Positions 28,093 through 40,080 of a stretch of DNA of 64,000 nt are shown piece after piece. The stretch is from Candidatus Moraniibacteriota bacterium (GTDB lineage Bacteria; Patescibacteriota; Minisyncoccia; Moranbacterales; UBA1568), in the NCBI GenBank assembly GCA_052034975.1, contig JBPOIA010000002.1, positions 3,461 through 67,460 on the forward strand, written 5' to 3'. The position numbers were made by a program, and so were the translations under genes. The number at the start of each line of letters is the position of its first letter. The stretch's first letter is position 1. The notes under the pieces were generated by a model that was not told where the DNA came from, ran no database searches, and worked only from the letters and a program-made list of their open reading frames with translations.

Positions 28093-28583
28093 CGTTCTAA
28101 CGTTACAAATGAAAATCTGTGCGTACCGTTGTCAACTGCTTCCTCGCTGAGAACTCTGGCAAACTCACCGTACTCCGGAAAAAATGTGTCCGCGTCATAG
28201 TCGCCCTCCACAAGGGTAAGGTAGAGCCGGTCGGCAAGCACGATGAACTGTTTATAGATGCTCGCCCCGCCGATGATGAAAATTTCCTCCGTCTCGCACT
28301 TCTTCGCCATATCGATCGCTTCATCGACAGATTTCACCGTAAGACAGCCTTCCGGCGCAAAATCATCGTCAAGCGAAAGGATGATATTCGTCCGATTCGG
28401 CAGCGGCCGACCGATCGACTTGAAGGTGTTTTCCCCCATCACGACCGCGTGTCCGGTCGTCAGCTCGCGAAAATGCCGCATATCCTCCGGAATATGCCAA
28501 AGAAGCGCGTTATTCTTGCCGATCGCCCGATCTTTTTTGGCGATAGCGGAAACGATACTGATACGAGGTTGCGACGTGTCCAT
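28089..28583 (-). CDS. folA: Dihydrofolate reductase
   Basis: ISIVSAIAKKDRAIGKNNALLWHIPEDMRHFRELTTGHAVVMGENTF...IGGASIY. Confidence 0.9.
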   Translation of the reverse strand: MDTSQPRISIVSAIAKKDRAIGKNNALLWHIPEDMRHFRELTTGHAVVMGENTFKSIGRPLPNRTNIILSLDDDFAPEGCLTVKSVDEAIDMAKKCETEEIFIIGGASIYKQFIVLADRLYLTLVEGDYDADTFFPEYGEFARVLSEEAVDNGTHRFSFVTLER

Positions 28584-28749
28584 ACTTTCCCATTGTAGCC
28601 GTTTTTCCGTATTCGTTCAAACCGTATCTTTGTCTTGAAGTTTTGTGCGTAACGTCAGTTCGGTCGCAAGAGCAAACGAACGGCACCGGGCGGTTCGTTT
28701 GGAAAAGAAAAACTCCCAAGAAAACCTTGGGAGCAAAATCGCGATACAC

Positions 28750-29667
28750 TTACACCGCGACGGGCGCCTTGATGGCCTCGTGCGACTGATAACCTTCGAG
28801 TGTGAAGTCGCCGATCGTGAAATCGAAGATATTCTTCACTTCCGGATTCAGTCTCATCTTCGGGAGCGGCAGCGGCTCACGCGAGAGCTGAAGCTTCACT
28901 TGCTCGAAATGATTGTTGTAGATGTGCGTGTCACCACCGGTCCAAACGAATTCGCCGGGTTCGAGGTCGCACACCTGTGCCATCATCATCGTAAGGAGCG
29001 CATACGAAGCGATGTTGAACGGCACACCGAGGAACGTGTCACAGCTCCGTTGGTAGAGCTGGCACGACAGTTTGCCATCGGCGACGTAAAACTGGAAGAG
29101 ACAGTGGCACGGTGGCAGGCCTGCCTCAGCCATTTTCTCGATATCCGCCACGTTCCACGCGGACACGATCATCCGGCGCGAATCGGGAGATTTCTTCAGC
29201 TGTTCAACGATTTGCGCGATCTGATCGATATACCGACCATCCGGTGTAGGCCAACTGCGCCACTGGTAGCCATAGATGGGACCAAGTTCACCGTACTCAT
29301 CGGCAAACATCTCGTCAGCCTTGATGCTCCGGAGAAATTGCTCGAGTCCACGGTTCCATTCTTCGGATCCACTCTTTGGAATCGGTTGTCCTGTTCTCTT
29401 GAGATACGCCTTGTACGGCCACGAATCCCAGATATGAACATCGCGATCGGCAAGATATTTCAGATTGGAATCACCGTTCAAAAACCAGATGAGTTCCTCG
29501 ATGATGCCGCGCGTGAACATCTTTTTGGTCGTAACGAGCGGAAATCCTTCCGCAAGATCGAAACGCATCTGATAGCCAAACACGCTCTTTGTTCCCGTAC
29601 CAGTACGATCAGTCTTCGTCGTACCGTTCTCCATAATGTGTCGCAGAAGGTCGAGATATTGTCGCAT
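28750..29667 (-). CDS. thyA: Thymidylate synthase (ThyA type)
   Basis: [38 protein letters not shown]...; the PCH catalytic-Cys context is present ([11 protein letters not shown]). Confidence 0.95.
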   Translation of the reverse strand: MRQYLDLLRHIMENGTTKTDRTGTGTKSVFGYQMRFDLAEGFPLVTTKKMFTRGIIEELIWFLNGDSNLKYLADRDVHIWDSWPYKAYLKRTGQPIPKSGSEEWNRGLEQFLRSIKADEMFADEYGELGPIYGYQWRSWPTPDGRYIDQIAQIVEQLKKSPDSRRMIVSAWNVADIEKMAEAGLPPCHCLFQFYVADGKLSCQLYQRSCDTFLGVPFNIASYALLTMMMAQVCDLEPGEFVWTGGDTHIYNNHFEQVKLQLSREPLPLPKMRLNPEVKNIFDFTIGDFTLEGYQSHEAIKAPVAV

Positions 29668-29685
29668 AATCTTCTCCTTGAAAGA

Positions 29686-29722
29686 ACGAAAATCCTCCGT
29701 ACGGAGGATTTTCCCATATTTC
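29686..29722 (-). terminator. Palindromic terminator between dcd and thyA
   Basis: AAAATCCTCCG-TA-CGGAGGATTTT, perfect 11-bp stem; on the minus transcript it is followed by UUUUCGUUCUUU. Confidence 0.5.
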
Positions 29723-29724
29723 GG

Positions 29725-30285
29725 CTAAAAGTTCAAATGCATCTTGGAAGCCTGTGGCTTCTTATCGCCGAGATACTTGCTGTTGAGGCCTTTGGAGCCA
29801 TACGGCCGATCGCACGGCGAGGAGAGGTATTCGAACGCCATCTGACCAATCGGCATCTTGTAATAGAGTTTGATCGGAAGTCTGCCCGCATTGTAAAGTT
29901 CGAGCGTCATCTTGAGCGAATTTCCCGGATCAAGATAGCCGGCCGTCGTATGGATAATGAGACCGAGTCGGCCGAGCGAGCTCTTCCCTTCCAATCGGCC
30001 GACGAGCTTTCCAGACACGCCGGTCTCTTCGTAAATGAGACCGAGTGCAAATTCGTTCGGATGAAGGATAAATGGCTCGTCATTCTTGATTTCCACCGCT
30101 TTCATCAGGTTCTTGGCGGGACTTTTCGGATCGATGACGAAATTCTTGGTCGTATCGAAGACGAGGAAATGCTTATCGAGATGCAGATCGACACTTGCCG
30201 GCTGCACGTATTCTCGCTTGAAAGGCTTGAGCGTGATCTCACCGCTCTTGATCTCCTTGATGATGTCGCGATCCGAAAGGATCAT
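29725..30285 (-). CDS. dcd: dCTP deaminase
   Basis: MILSDRDIIKEI...ASVDLHL...; 186 aa. Confidence 0.9.
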   Translation of the reverse strand: MILSDRDIIKEIKSGEITLKPFKREYVQPASVDLHLDKHFLVFDTTKNFVIDPKSPAKNLMKAVEIKNDEPFILHPNEFALGLIYEETGVSGKLVGRLEGKSSLGRLGLIIHTTAGYLDPGNSLKMTLELYNAGRLPIKLYYKMPIGQMAFEYLSSPCDRPYGSKGLNSKYLGDKKPQASKMHLNF

Positions 30286-30346
30286 AGGACGGATTATAAC
30301 GTGTTAGATCCTGAACAAGAACAGGCACGCTCTTTATTGTCGGGAA

Positions 30347-31054
30347 TCACATTTTCACCGCGATGCCAGGACCCATTGTCGAACATATCGTGATGGAGCG
30401 GATGAGCCTGCCCTTCGTGTTTTCTGGCTTCGCTTTCTGGAGAGTCTCGAAAAACACCCGATAATTTTCGAGTAACTGATCGGGAGAAAAGGAAAGTTTG
30501 CCGATCACCTGATGCACATTGCCGGTATCGTCATTCTTGAAGCTTACTTTCTTGCCTTTTTTCAGCATCTCGACGGTCTCCTTGATCTTCGGCGTCACGG
30601 TTTCCGTCTTCGGTGATGGCATCATACCCTTCGGACCCAGGATCTTGGCGACAACCGCAAGTTTCGGCATCATCTCCGGCGTCGCAAGAAGCACGTTAAA
30701 CGCGACTCCCGGAACGATCTTACCGTTTTTGATATCGGCGATCAATTCCTCACCACCTACTATATCCGCTTCGGCTTCCTTGGCCTCTTTTTCTTTGGTT
30801 GAAGTTGCAACGGCGACTTTCTGTGTACGACCGGTGCCGTGTGGCAGAACAACCGTAGCACGTACCATCTCGTCCGTCTTTTTGGCGTTGATACCGAGAC
30901 GGATATGCACCTCGACGGATTCATCGAATTTGGCCGTCTTGTTCTCTTTAAGGAACGCGAATGCTTCCTCCGGGGCGTATTCCTTCCCTGCTTCAAGTTT
31001 TTCTACCTTGTTACGATACTGTTTCCCGTGTTTCATAGCTTTGCTCGTGGTCAT
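30347..31054 (-). CDS. rplA: 50S ribosomal protein L1
   Basis: KHGKQYRNKVEKLEAGKEYAPEEA...; the track's ORF begins a few codons earlier (31075) and the start is ambiguous. Confidence 0.9.
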   Translation of the reverse strand: MTTSKAMKHGKQYRNKVEKLEAGKEYAPEEAFAFLKENKTAKFDESVEVHIRLGINAKKTDEMVRATVVLPHGTGRTQKVAVATSTKEKEAKEAEADIVGGEELIADIKNGKIVPGVAFNVLLATPEMMPKLAVVAKILGPKGMMPSPKTETVTPKIKETVEMLKKGKKVSFKNDDTGNVHQVIGKLSFSPDQLLENYRVFFETLQKAKPENTKGRLIRSITICSTMGPGIAVKM

Positions 31055-31087
31055 AACGGCCGACCGGCCTGCCACAAAAAATAATGC

Positions 31088-31513
31088 TTAACCTCCAATT
31101 TTGATACCCATCGAACGGGCCGAGCCTTCAATGATCTTCATTGCCGCTTCAACATCATTCGCGTTAAGATCGGCCATTTTCTTCTCGGCGATCTCGCGTA
31201 CTTGGGCTTTGGTTACCGTGCCTACCTTGTCTTTCAACGGATTTCCCGCTCCTTTCTCCACCTTGGCCGCCTTCTTCAAAAGGTCCGAGGCCGGAGAGGT
31301 CTTGAGAACAAACGAGAACGAACGATCCTCATAGACGGTGATTTCCGCCGGAACGATATCGCCCATCCGATCCTTGGTTGCCTCGTTGAACTTCGTGCAG
31401 AAATCCTGGATATTCAACCCGTGCTGACCAAGTGCCGGACCGATCGGCGGTGCCGGATTGGCCCGACCGGCGGGAACCTGGAGCTTCAAAACAGTTTTGA
31501 TTGCTTTTGCCAT
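31088..31513 (-). CDS. rplK: 50S ribosomal protein L11
   Basis: [43 protein letters not shown]. Confidence 0.95.
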   Translation of the reverse strand: MAKAIKTVLKLQVPAGRANPAPPIGPALGQHGLNIQDFCTKFNEATKDRMGDIVPAEITVYEDRSFSFVLKTSPASDLLKKAAKVEKGAGNPLKDKVGTVTKAQVREIAEKKMADLNANDVEAAMKIIEGSARSMGIKIGG

Positions 31514-31532
31514 ACTCAGAAAACATTAATCC

Positions 31533-32078
31533 TTATACTTTCTTCACCTGGAGGAAATCCAGCTCGACCGGCGTTTCGCGACCGAAAATCGAAACCAGCA
31601 CCTTTACCTTACCGCGCTCATCATCGACTTCCTGGATCTTGCCGTCGAAATCTTTAAACGGGCCGTCAGCGATCTTCACTGCATCACCAAGACGGACATC
31701 GATCTTGTATTTCGGCTCAGCGACACCCATTCGTTTCTTGAGCGATTCGATTTCCTTCGGATCGATCGGGGTCGGAGTCGTTCCAAGACCGATAAAACCG
31801 GTCACGTTCGGCGTATTGCGCACCACATACCACGATGCATCCGTTACGATCATATCGACGAGAACGTACCCGGGATAGATGCGTTCTTCCACCACGACGC
31901 GCTTGCCACCCTTGATTTTGATCTTCTTTTCCTTTGGCACGAGCACGTCGAAGATCATCTCCTGCATATCCATCGATTCGATACGCTGCTTCAAGTTGCG
32001 GGAAACGTTGTCCTCGTATCCCGAATACGTGTGGAGCACATACCAGGCACGGCCGTGATGCTGGGTCTGTTTCGCCAT
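31533..32078 (-). CDS. nusG: Transcription termination/antitermination factor NusG
   Basis: WYVLHTYSGYEDNV NGN domain; C-terminal KOW (GDAVKIADGPFKDFDGKIQEV). Confidence 0.95.
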   Translation of the reverse strand: MAKQTQHHGRAWYVLHTYSGYEDNVSRNLKQRIESMDMQEMIFDVLVPKEKKIKIKGGKRVVVEERIYPGYVLVDMIVTDASWYVVRNTPNVTGFIGLGTTPTPIDPKEIESLKKRMGVAEPKYKIDVRLGDAVKIADGPFKDFDGKIQEVDDERGKVKVLVSIFGRETPVELDFLQVKKV

Positions 32079-32099
32079 ATCGCTAAAAATTTATGAAAA

Positions 32100-32288
32100 T
32101 TACCGCGAGAGCAGATACCGCTCTACGAGAAAACTAAACAGAAAATCGAGACTTCCGAGAAACACTGCCATCGCGAAACTCATCACTATCACCAGCATCG
32201 TATACTGGATGATCTGCCGACGCGAAGGCCAATTCACACGAGCGAGCTCTGCCTTGGCCTCACCGAGAAAAGTGACTATGTTTCGCAT
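32100..32288 (-). CDS. secE: Preprotein translocase subunit SecE
   Basis: 62 aa; FLGEAKAELARVNWPSRRQ followed by one TM; canonical position upstream of nusG. Confidence 0.85.
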   Translation of the reverse strand: MRNIVTFLGEAKAELARVNWPSRRQIIQYTMLVIVMSFAMAVFLGSLDFLFSFLVERYLLSR

Positions 32289-32399
32289 AACGCATCAACC
32301 GAAAGTTCCCCTCTTAAAAAAAGCCCCGAGGGCTTTGTAAAAGAAGAATATCAGAAAACCACTCCCCCGTCAACACTTCGGATGTCTGACTAAAAATGC

Positions 32400-32930
32400 T
32401 CAAAAAAGCTCCACTTCGTCGAAGAATTTCCTGTACAACTCCAGGCATTTTTCGGTTTCCTCGCGCGAAAGCGGAAAATCTTTTTCGTGCACCACGCGAT
32501 TACGGACCGTATGGGCTTCAACCAGCAATTCCCTGGTCTCAAGCTGGCCACCTTTTACGTTTCCAAGCTTCTCGCCCATCGTCGCTCCAGAATACCCGAT
32601 GCCGCCAAGGATCTCTTCCGCCAGCGTATCTGCTTCCAATAATGCCACCTTATACTGCGACGGATTCTCATCTTCCAGCCGGACCAATATCTTCTCCCAG
32701 CGCTTGATGAGCGCCGACCGGGAAACAAGCGGGCGATCGGATGCAAAAAGGGCTTTCTTTAAATCACCAGAGATTCCCCGGAGAACGAGCAGAAGGACTA
32801 TATCGACGAAAAGCACGACCACATAGACGAAGAGGAAAAATTTGATCGCTGCAATAAAGAAGGAACCCGAAAAAAACGCCATTCCCTGCGTCACCCCCTC
32901 AAAGACAATGCTTGCGATATCGGTATTCAT
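32400..32930 (-). CDS. Membrane-anchored hypothetical protein with a possible HEPN-like (Rx4HE) motif
   Basis: Two N-terminal TM helices, then about 110 aa soluble domain containing TVRNRVVHEKDF (R-x4-H), reminiscent of HEPN/HepT RNxxxHxY. Confidence 0.45.
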   Translation of the reverse strand: MNTDIASIVFEGVTQGMAFFSGSFFIAAIKFFLFVYVVVLFVDIVLLLVLRGISGDLKKALFASDRPLVSRSALIKRWEKILVRLEDENPSQYKVALLEADTLAEEILGGIGYSGATMGEKLGNVKGGQLETRELLVEAHTVRNRVVHEKDFPLSREETEKCLELYRKFFDEVELF

Positions 32931-32962
32931 ACACGTTTCTTTTTAGACAGACTCTTTTATTC

Positions 32963-34420
32963 TTATGAACGGACTTCCTGGCGTTCAAAGGCGGCCGCCG
33001 CACACAAAATCGATTCTTCATCGAACCATTTTCCTGTCAGTTGTCCGCCAATCGGAAGCTCTTTTCCTTCTTCTTCGATCGTCCCGATCGGAAACGATAT
33101 CGCCGGCACTCCCGCCAAATTGGCCGTCACCGTATACACGTCGGAAAGGTACATCTTGAGCGGATCATCGGCTTTCTCGCCGAATCGGAACGCTGCTTCC
33201 GGCGTCGTCGGCGAAAATACCAAGTCAACTCCGCGAAACGCTTCATCGAAATCTTGCCGAATGAGTGATCGGACTTTCTGCGCTTTCTTGTAATACGCAT
33301 CATAATACCCCGCCGAGAGCGCGTACGTGCCGAGCATAATGCGCCGCTTCACCTCTTCACCAAAACCGTGCCGGCGCGTATCGAGGTACGTCTCAAGAAG
33401 CGTACCGGTGTCCGTAAGCGAATCTTTTTCATCGTTTATGGATAGGCCATATCGTATTCCGTCAAAACGCGCTAGATTCGAACTTACTTCCGACGGCATC
33501 AGGATATAGTATACCGGAAGCGCATATGAGGCGTGCGGCAAAGAAATATCCTTGACCGTCATCCCGAGCGCAAGGAAACGTTCCAGTGCCTTTTTGGCCA
33601 CGGTGTGAACACGTCTATCGAGATGTTCAGAAAAGTATTCCCTCGGTACACCGATGGTCATTCCGGAAACATCCCGGTGAAGCCCGTCTTCGAATCGTTT
33701 TCCGGTATCAGCCGAAGCGGTCGTCGCATCAGAAGGATCGTTTCCCGCGATCCGCGAAAAAACGATAGCCGCGTCTTCGACGCTGGTCGTAAGCGGACCG
33801 ATCTGATCGAGACTCGACGCCATAGCAAGCAATCCGTACCGGGAGACTCGTCCGTACGTTGGCTTGAGCCCGACGATGCCGCAGAATGATGCCGGCTGCC
33901 TGATCGAGCCACCCGTATCGGATCCAAGCGCAAACACCGCTTCTCCCGCCGCCACTGCCGCCGCCGAACCACCGGATGAGCCACCAGGCACCCGATCCGT
34001 ATCGACAGGATTCTTCGTTTTTTGATACGCGCTTGATTCTGTGGACGATCCCATCGCGAATTCATCCATATTGGTCTTGCCGAGCACTACCGAATGGACA
34101 TCTTTCAGCTTCTTCACGACGGTCGCGTCGTACGGAGCGATATAGTTATCGAGAATTTTCGAACCGGCCGTCGTGCGCGTATTCCCTATACAGATATTAT
34201 CCTTGATCGCACCGGGAATACCCGTAAGGAGATCTGTCCCTTCACCCGTTTTCAACCGTTCATCGGCATACGCCGCTTCTCGAAGCGCTTGTTCCTCAAA
34301 AAGCGTCAGGTAGGCACCAATATCGCTGTCTTTCTCCTTGATCGCGCCAAAAAAACGCTCCGTCAATCCGACAGATGTTTCCGCTCCGGCTATCAGTTTT
34401 TCGTGCAATTCTCGGATCAT
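32963..34420 (-). CDS. gatA: Glu-tRNA(Gln) amidotransferase subunit A
   Basis: Amidase signature GGSSGGSAAAVAAGE; Ser-cisSer-Lys triad context. Confidence 0.95.
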   Translation of the reverse strand: MIRELHEKLIAGAETSVGLTERFFGAIKEKDSDIGAYLTLFEEQALREAAYADERLKTGEGTDLLTGIPGAIKDNICIGNTRTTAGSKILDNYIAPYDATVVKKLKDVHSVVLGKTNMDEFAMGSSTESSAYQKTKNPVDTDRVPGGSSGGSAAAVAAGEAVFALGSDTGGSIRQPASFCGIVGLKPTYGRVSRYGLLAMASSLDQIGPLTTSVEDAAIVFSRIAGNDPSDATTASADTGKRFEDGLHRDVSGMTIGVPREYFSEHLDRRVHTVAKKALERFLALGMTVKDISLPHASYALPVYYILMPSEVSSNLARFDGIRYGLSINDEKDSLTDTGTLLETYLDTRRHGFGEEVKRRIMLGTYALSAGYYDAYYKKAQKVRSLIRQDFDEAFRGVDLVFSPTTPEAAFRFGEKADDPLKMYLSDVYTVTANLAGVPAISFPIGTIEEEGKELPIGGQLTGKWFDEESILCAAAAFERQEVRS

Positions 34421-34442
34421 ACTTTAAAAAAAATCCGAAGCT

Positions 34443-34730
34443 CTAAAATACCGACTTCACTTTCAAAAACCCTTCCTTCGAATCAGGAAAATTCTTTTTC
34501 AGCGTCTCCTTGCCGGCCGCATCGAAATCTTCCGTTCGGTCCGAACGCGTCCGGTCCGTTATTCCGATATTCTGCCCGATGGGCGCGACATTCTCCGTAT
34601 CAAGTGATTGGAGCTCGCCGAAAAAATCCAAAACCGCGGAAAGATCTTCCTGATATTTCGGGACTTCTTCATCTGTAAGGCCGATACGGGCCAACAGGGC
34701 GATATGTTTCACTTCGTCCTTGGAGAGCAT
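34443..34730 (-). CDS. gatC: Glu-tRNA(Gln) amidotransferase subunit C
   Basis: MLSKDEVKHIALLARIGLTDEEVPKYQEDLSAVLDFF; start taken at ATG 34730 because the ORF as called begins with TTG at 34745. Confidence 0.8.
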   Translation of the reverse strand: MLSKDEVKHIALLARIGLTDEEVPKYQEDLSAVLDFFGELQSLDTENVAPIGQNIGITDRTRSDRTEDFDAAGKETLKKNFPDSKEGFLKVKSVF

Positions 34731-34821
34731 AGGGGATAAATCCAAAGTTCAAATGATTTGAAATTCTTCGACATTCGGATTTCAAAAATTGATTCGGTAT
34801 TTGAGTTTTTGATTTTGAACT

Positions 34822-36984
<2,163 letters not shown>

Positions 36985-37066
36985 TCAGTATACCAATTTT
37001 TCGACCAAAACGAAAGAAAAAAACCTTCAGGAAGAAGGTTTCGCTCTCTGTTTGAAAATCGGTTCT

Positions 37067-37633
37067 TTATTGTAATCCGATGTATCCGTAATCCCGGAGC
37101 GAGGCGGTCGATTGGATGCGCGCCGTATGTGTCGCGCCTTCGCTGATTTCGAGCGAGGCGGTGACTTTTCCGACCGTCATCGGACTCGGTGAGGATGGTG
37201 TTATGATGAAATTCCCGCTGATAACACCGGTGCTGATCGTCGAAAACGTACCGAGACCCATTCCGGCGCAGGTCGGCACATCGGCTGCCGCCGCGCGCGC
37301 CACCTGAAGCATACTAGAATTGATACGGTACTGAAAACAGATTCCTTGGGAATGATCATAGAATTTCACCGATTGTGAGTTGACCAACGTCCCGGAAGAC
37401 GGGCTAACGATCGAACTTGTGCGCAGCTCCTTGGCCATCGTGTTGAGCGAATACTGGGCATTCTCAACATCACGCTGGACGGCTTTCGTGTTGCGGTACC
37501 CGGCGAACGCCTGCGAGAAAATCTGCGAGATCGCGAGCATAACGATGGTAAATGTGAACATCGCTACCAAAAGCTCGATCATCGTGAATCCTGCCTTGCT
37601 TACCGTGATATTTCTTATGGATCTCTGAACCAT
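37067..37633 (-). CDS. Prepilin-type (class III signal) minor pilin or pseudopilin
   Basis: ...SKAGFTMIELLVAMFTFTIVMLAI prepilin cleavage/methylation motif. Confidence 0.7.
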   Translation of the reverse strand: MVQRSIRNITVSKAGFTMIELLVAMFTFTIVMLAISQIFSQAFAGYRNTKAVQRDVENAQYSLNTMAKELRTSSIVSPSSGTLVNSQSVKFYDHSQGICFQYRINSSMLQVARAAAADVPTCAGMGLGTFSTISTGVISGNFIITPSSPSPMTVGKVTASLEISEGATHTARIQSTASLRDYGYIGLQ

Positions 37634-37642
37634 ATGTTCGCA

Positions 37643-38206
37643 TTATTTCCAATTCGCCAGCCGTGCTTCCGTAAACACGCATTTGTTTGCAATCGAACAG
37701 CCGGCCGAGCTTCCGCTTGAAGGTGGCAATGACGCGCTGCTCCAAAAAACAAAGCTTCGTACCAGGGCCTGATCGCTCCCGTTATAATCCACATAGATAT
37801 AGCGTGAGAAACGTTCCTGCCCTCCACCAAAATGCCCGTAGAGACCCCCTGCGTATTGGAGATAATACCGATTTACTCCTCCTTGTGCGGCGTTGCAGTC
37901 AAGCGATGCGATGGAATCATTATAATCGATGCGGCAATGTTTGTTTGGATTGCTGAATGCCGCGAATCCTCCTCCGCCGGAAGCAAAATCATTGTCACGC
38001 GCGTTCCGAATGAGTTCGACACCTTCCTGTGCCAGCTCGGCAGCAATGATGGTATCCCGGCTCTCGATCGAATGCCTGTATCCGGACGCGATGAGTGCCG
38101 TCATCGCGGTCAATCCGACGGTCAGAATAAAAGACCCGAGAAGCACTTCCCCGAACGAAAATCCTCTCAGCGTTTTTTTGAAAAAGAATTTCTTTATGGA
38201 TACCAT
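37643..38206 (-). CDS. Pseudopilin / minor pilin
   Basis: ...LRGFSFGEVLLGSFILTVGLTAMTALIA N-terminal prepilin-like helix. Confidence 0.6.
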   Translation of the reverse strand: MVSIKKFFFKKTLRGFSFGEVLLGSFILTVGLTAMTALIASGYRHSIESRDTIIAAELAQEGVELIRNARDNDFASGGGGFAAFSNPNKHCRIDYNDSIASLDCNAAQGGVNRYYLQYAGGLYGHFGGGQERFSRYIYVDYNGSDQALVRSFVFWSSASLPPSSGSSAGCSIANKCVFTEARLANWK

Positions 38207-38211
38207 ACGCG

Positions 38212-38727
38212 TTACGGACAGGTCGATCCATCAAGTTCATTGATAAGTCCCGTGGCATACACGCACACCACACGGGATATCCCCTGCTTGGTCAGTACGA
38301 TCGCCATACTCCCGCTTCCAAAATTAAGCGTCGCGTGAGGAAGGGTGAAATAGAAATTGTCCGCGCCGCTGAATGCGACGCCGTTTTTGAGCACATAGCT
38401 CGACACCGGCGACGTCTGGGTGCACAATTCAGATGCGTTCTTGTACCAGTACGTCATACTGTACCCGGATCCGGACCAGCTCACCTGATACCGGCACGGT
38501 GTGGTAGCAGCCACCGTCTGTTTTCCCGTCAGGGCGTTATTCTGTGCCTCGCGCACGAGCCCGACGACTTCCCGGGCATTGCCTTCAAGCTCCCGGCGGA
38601 TCTGGTTATTCCCGAACGTCACAAGCATAATACTCGCCCCGACCGATACGATCGATATGACGATCAGAAGCTCGATCAGAGTGAATCCGGCATTCTTTCT
38701 CAAAAAATGTTTTTGTTTTTTTGGCAT
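38212..38727 (-). CDS. Pseudopilin (GspH/FimT-like)
   Basis: [35 protein letters not shown]. Confidence 0.7.
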   Translation of the reverse strand: MPKKQKHFLRKNAGFTLIELLIVISIVSVGASIMLVTFGNNQIRRELEGNAREVVGLVREAQNNALTGKQTVAATTPCRYQVSWSGSGYSMTYWYKNASELCTQTSPVSSYVLKNGVAFSGADNFYFTLPHATLNFGSGSMAIVLTKQGISRVVCVYATGLINELDGSTCP

Positions 38728-38768
38728 AGCTTGGCACCTCCAAGTATAGCAGTATTTTGCGTTTTTCC

Positions 38769-39599
38769 CTAGAGGATAAATAGTCGCGCGATATCCGGAG
38801 AAAACCGAGGGAAAAACAGCGTAAAAAAAGTTCCCGCGACCAAAAACGGGGCAAATGGAACCTGCGTCTTGAGCGTTTTGCCATCAAGGATGATCGCCGC
38901 GATACCAACGGCCGCACCAAGCATAAACGACACCGTCAACATAAAAAGTGCTGCCGGCAATCCGACAATCGTTCCCGCCGCGAGCCCGAGCCAGACATCT
39001 CCCCATCCCATCCACGTCTCTTTGGACACATACACAAGCACAAAGAAGAACGCACTGACAATCATTCCGCCGAGCATCCCCAATCCCAAACGGCTCGTAA
39101 GGAGCGGTTCCCCTAGACGGAATTCCGAAAATAGAAAAAGAAGCGTGATCCCGATACTTATATATAACGGAAGAAGTGGGATTTCCATATGCCGCAGATC
39201 ATAGGCCGCGATGACGACAAAACAAGCGATGATACCGAGAAGCCACGCCGTTTCCGTCCACGTCGACCAATCAGCATATGAGAAGAAATATTCTCCCGAA
39301 AGCGCAAATAGGACGGCTGTCAGGATTTCGACCGTCGGATACTGCCAAGAAATCCGCTTTTTGCAATCGCGACATTTTCCGCGAAGCAGCACAAACGAGA
39401 GGGCTGGAATATTATCGTACCAACGGATCTGATGCCCGCAAGAACGACAAAACGATCGACCCAGGAGCGTTTCGTTTCCCTGCAGCCGGCAAATCACAAC
39501 ATTCAAAAAACTTCCGATAATCAGTCCGGAAACGAAAAAAAAGATAGTCATCAACATATATCCATAGTATACCGCTCCCAAGAAATCGTTGCAAAGCAT
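38769..39599 (-). CDS. pilD: Prepilin peptidase (A24 family)
   Basis: Start at the internal ATG (39599) with AAGGA upstream; FFFVSGLIIGSFLNVVICRL...CRSCGHQIRWYDNIPALSFVLLRGKCRDCKKRISWQYP zinc-binding tetracysteine, then the catalytic Asp region. Confidence 0.85.
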   Translation of the reverse strand: MLCNDFLGAVYYGYMLMTIFFFVSGLIIGSFLNVVICRLQGNETLLGRSFCRSCGHQIRWYDNIPALSFVLLRGKCRDCKKRISWQYPTVEILTAVLFALSGEYFFSYADWSTWTETAWLLGIIACFVVIAAYDLRHMEIPLLPLYISIGITLLFLFSEFRLGEPLLTSRLGLGMLGGMIVSAFFFVLVYVSKETWMGWGDVWLGLAAGTIVGLPAALFMLTVSFMLGAAVGIAAIILDGKTLKTQVPFAPFLVAGTFFTLFFPRFSPDIARLFIL

Positions 39600-39667
39600 T
39601 TTCCTTAAAGAAAACTCCGCCTGATGACAGACGGAGTCTTGATCTCGGTTTTCAGCAAAGAAACCGA

Positions 39668-40033
39668 TTAGTTGCAGCCGGCACCGGCATACGTCGTTCC
39701 CGTATTCGTCACGGTCGCCGTACACACGATAGCCGTGTTTACCGGAGCTGCTGTGATAGTAAATGTGCCACTTCCAGCTGCGCCACAGCTCGATGCGCTG
39801 AACGTTGCTGCCCAGTTCGTCGTCGTCGTATCGGTCGGAGCCGTCGGAGCGGCCGTGTCGCACTGGAGCAAGAAACCAGCCACCGCGCCGGCAGTCTCGG
39901 ACTTGAACGCCGCGAGCTGTGCCTTGGTCCGAGCATTACTCAAGCTCACCAGCACGATCGACGCCAAGATACCGATGATCGCGATGACGATCAAAAGTTC
40001 GATAAGCGTGAATCCTTTTAATACTTTTTTCAT
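39668..40033 (-). CDS. Type IV pilin (paralog 1)
   Basis: MKKVLKG|[25 protein letters not shown]; Thr/Ala-rich C-terminus with Cys pairs. Confidence 0.85.
   Translation of the reverse strand: MKKVLKGFTLIELLIVIAIIGILASIVLVSLSNARTKAQLAAFKSETAGAVAGFLLQCDTAAPTAPTDTTTTNWAATFSASSCGAAGSGTFTITAAPVNTAIVCTATVTNTGTTYAGAGCN
39884..40033 (-). repeat. About 150-nt direct repeat: conserved 5' coding region of the tandem pilin genes (second copy about 40303-40452)
   Basis: Near-identical nucleotide runs (...gcaccggaaagactaaccagcacaatcgacgccaagataccgatgatcgcgatgacgatcaaaagttcgataagcgtgaatcctttta...) in both genes. Confidence 0.6.
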
Positions 40034-40080
40034 AACGCGTTTTCTTAGCTTCTCTCAAAAATTAACTTTTATGTCATCGA

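Noticed and set aside
28645-30393. 582-aa plus-strand ORF
   Set aside because: Antisense to thyA and dcd, both of which have unmistakable signatures.
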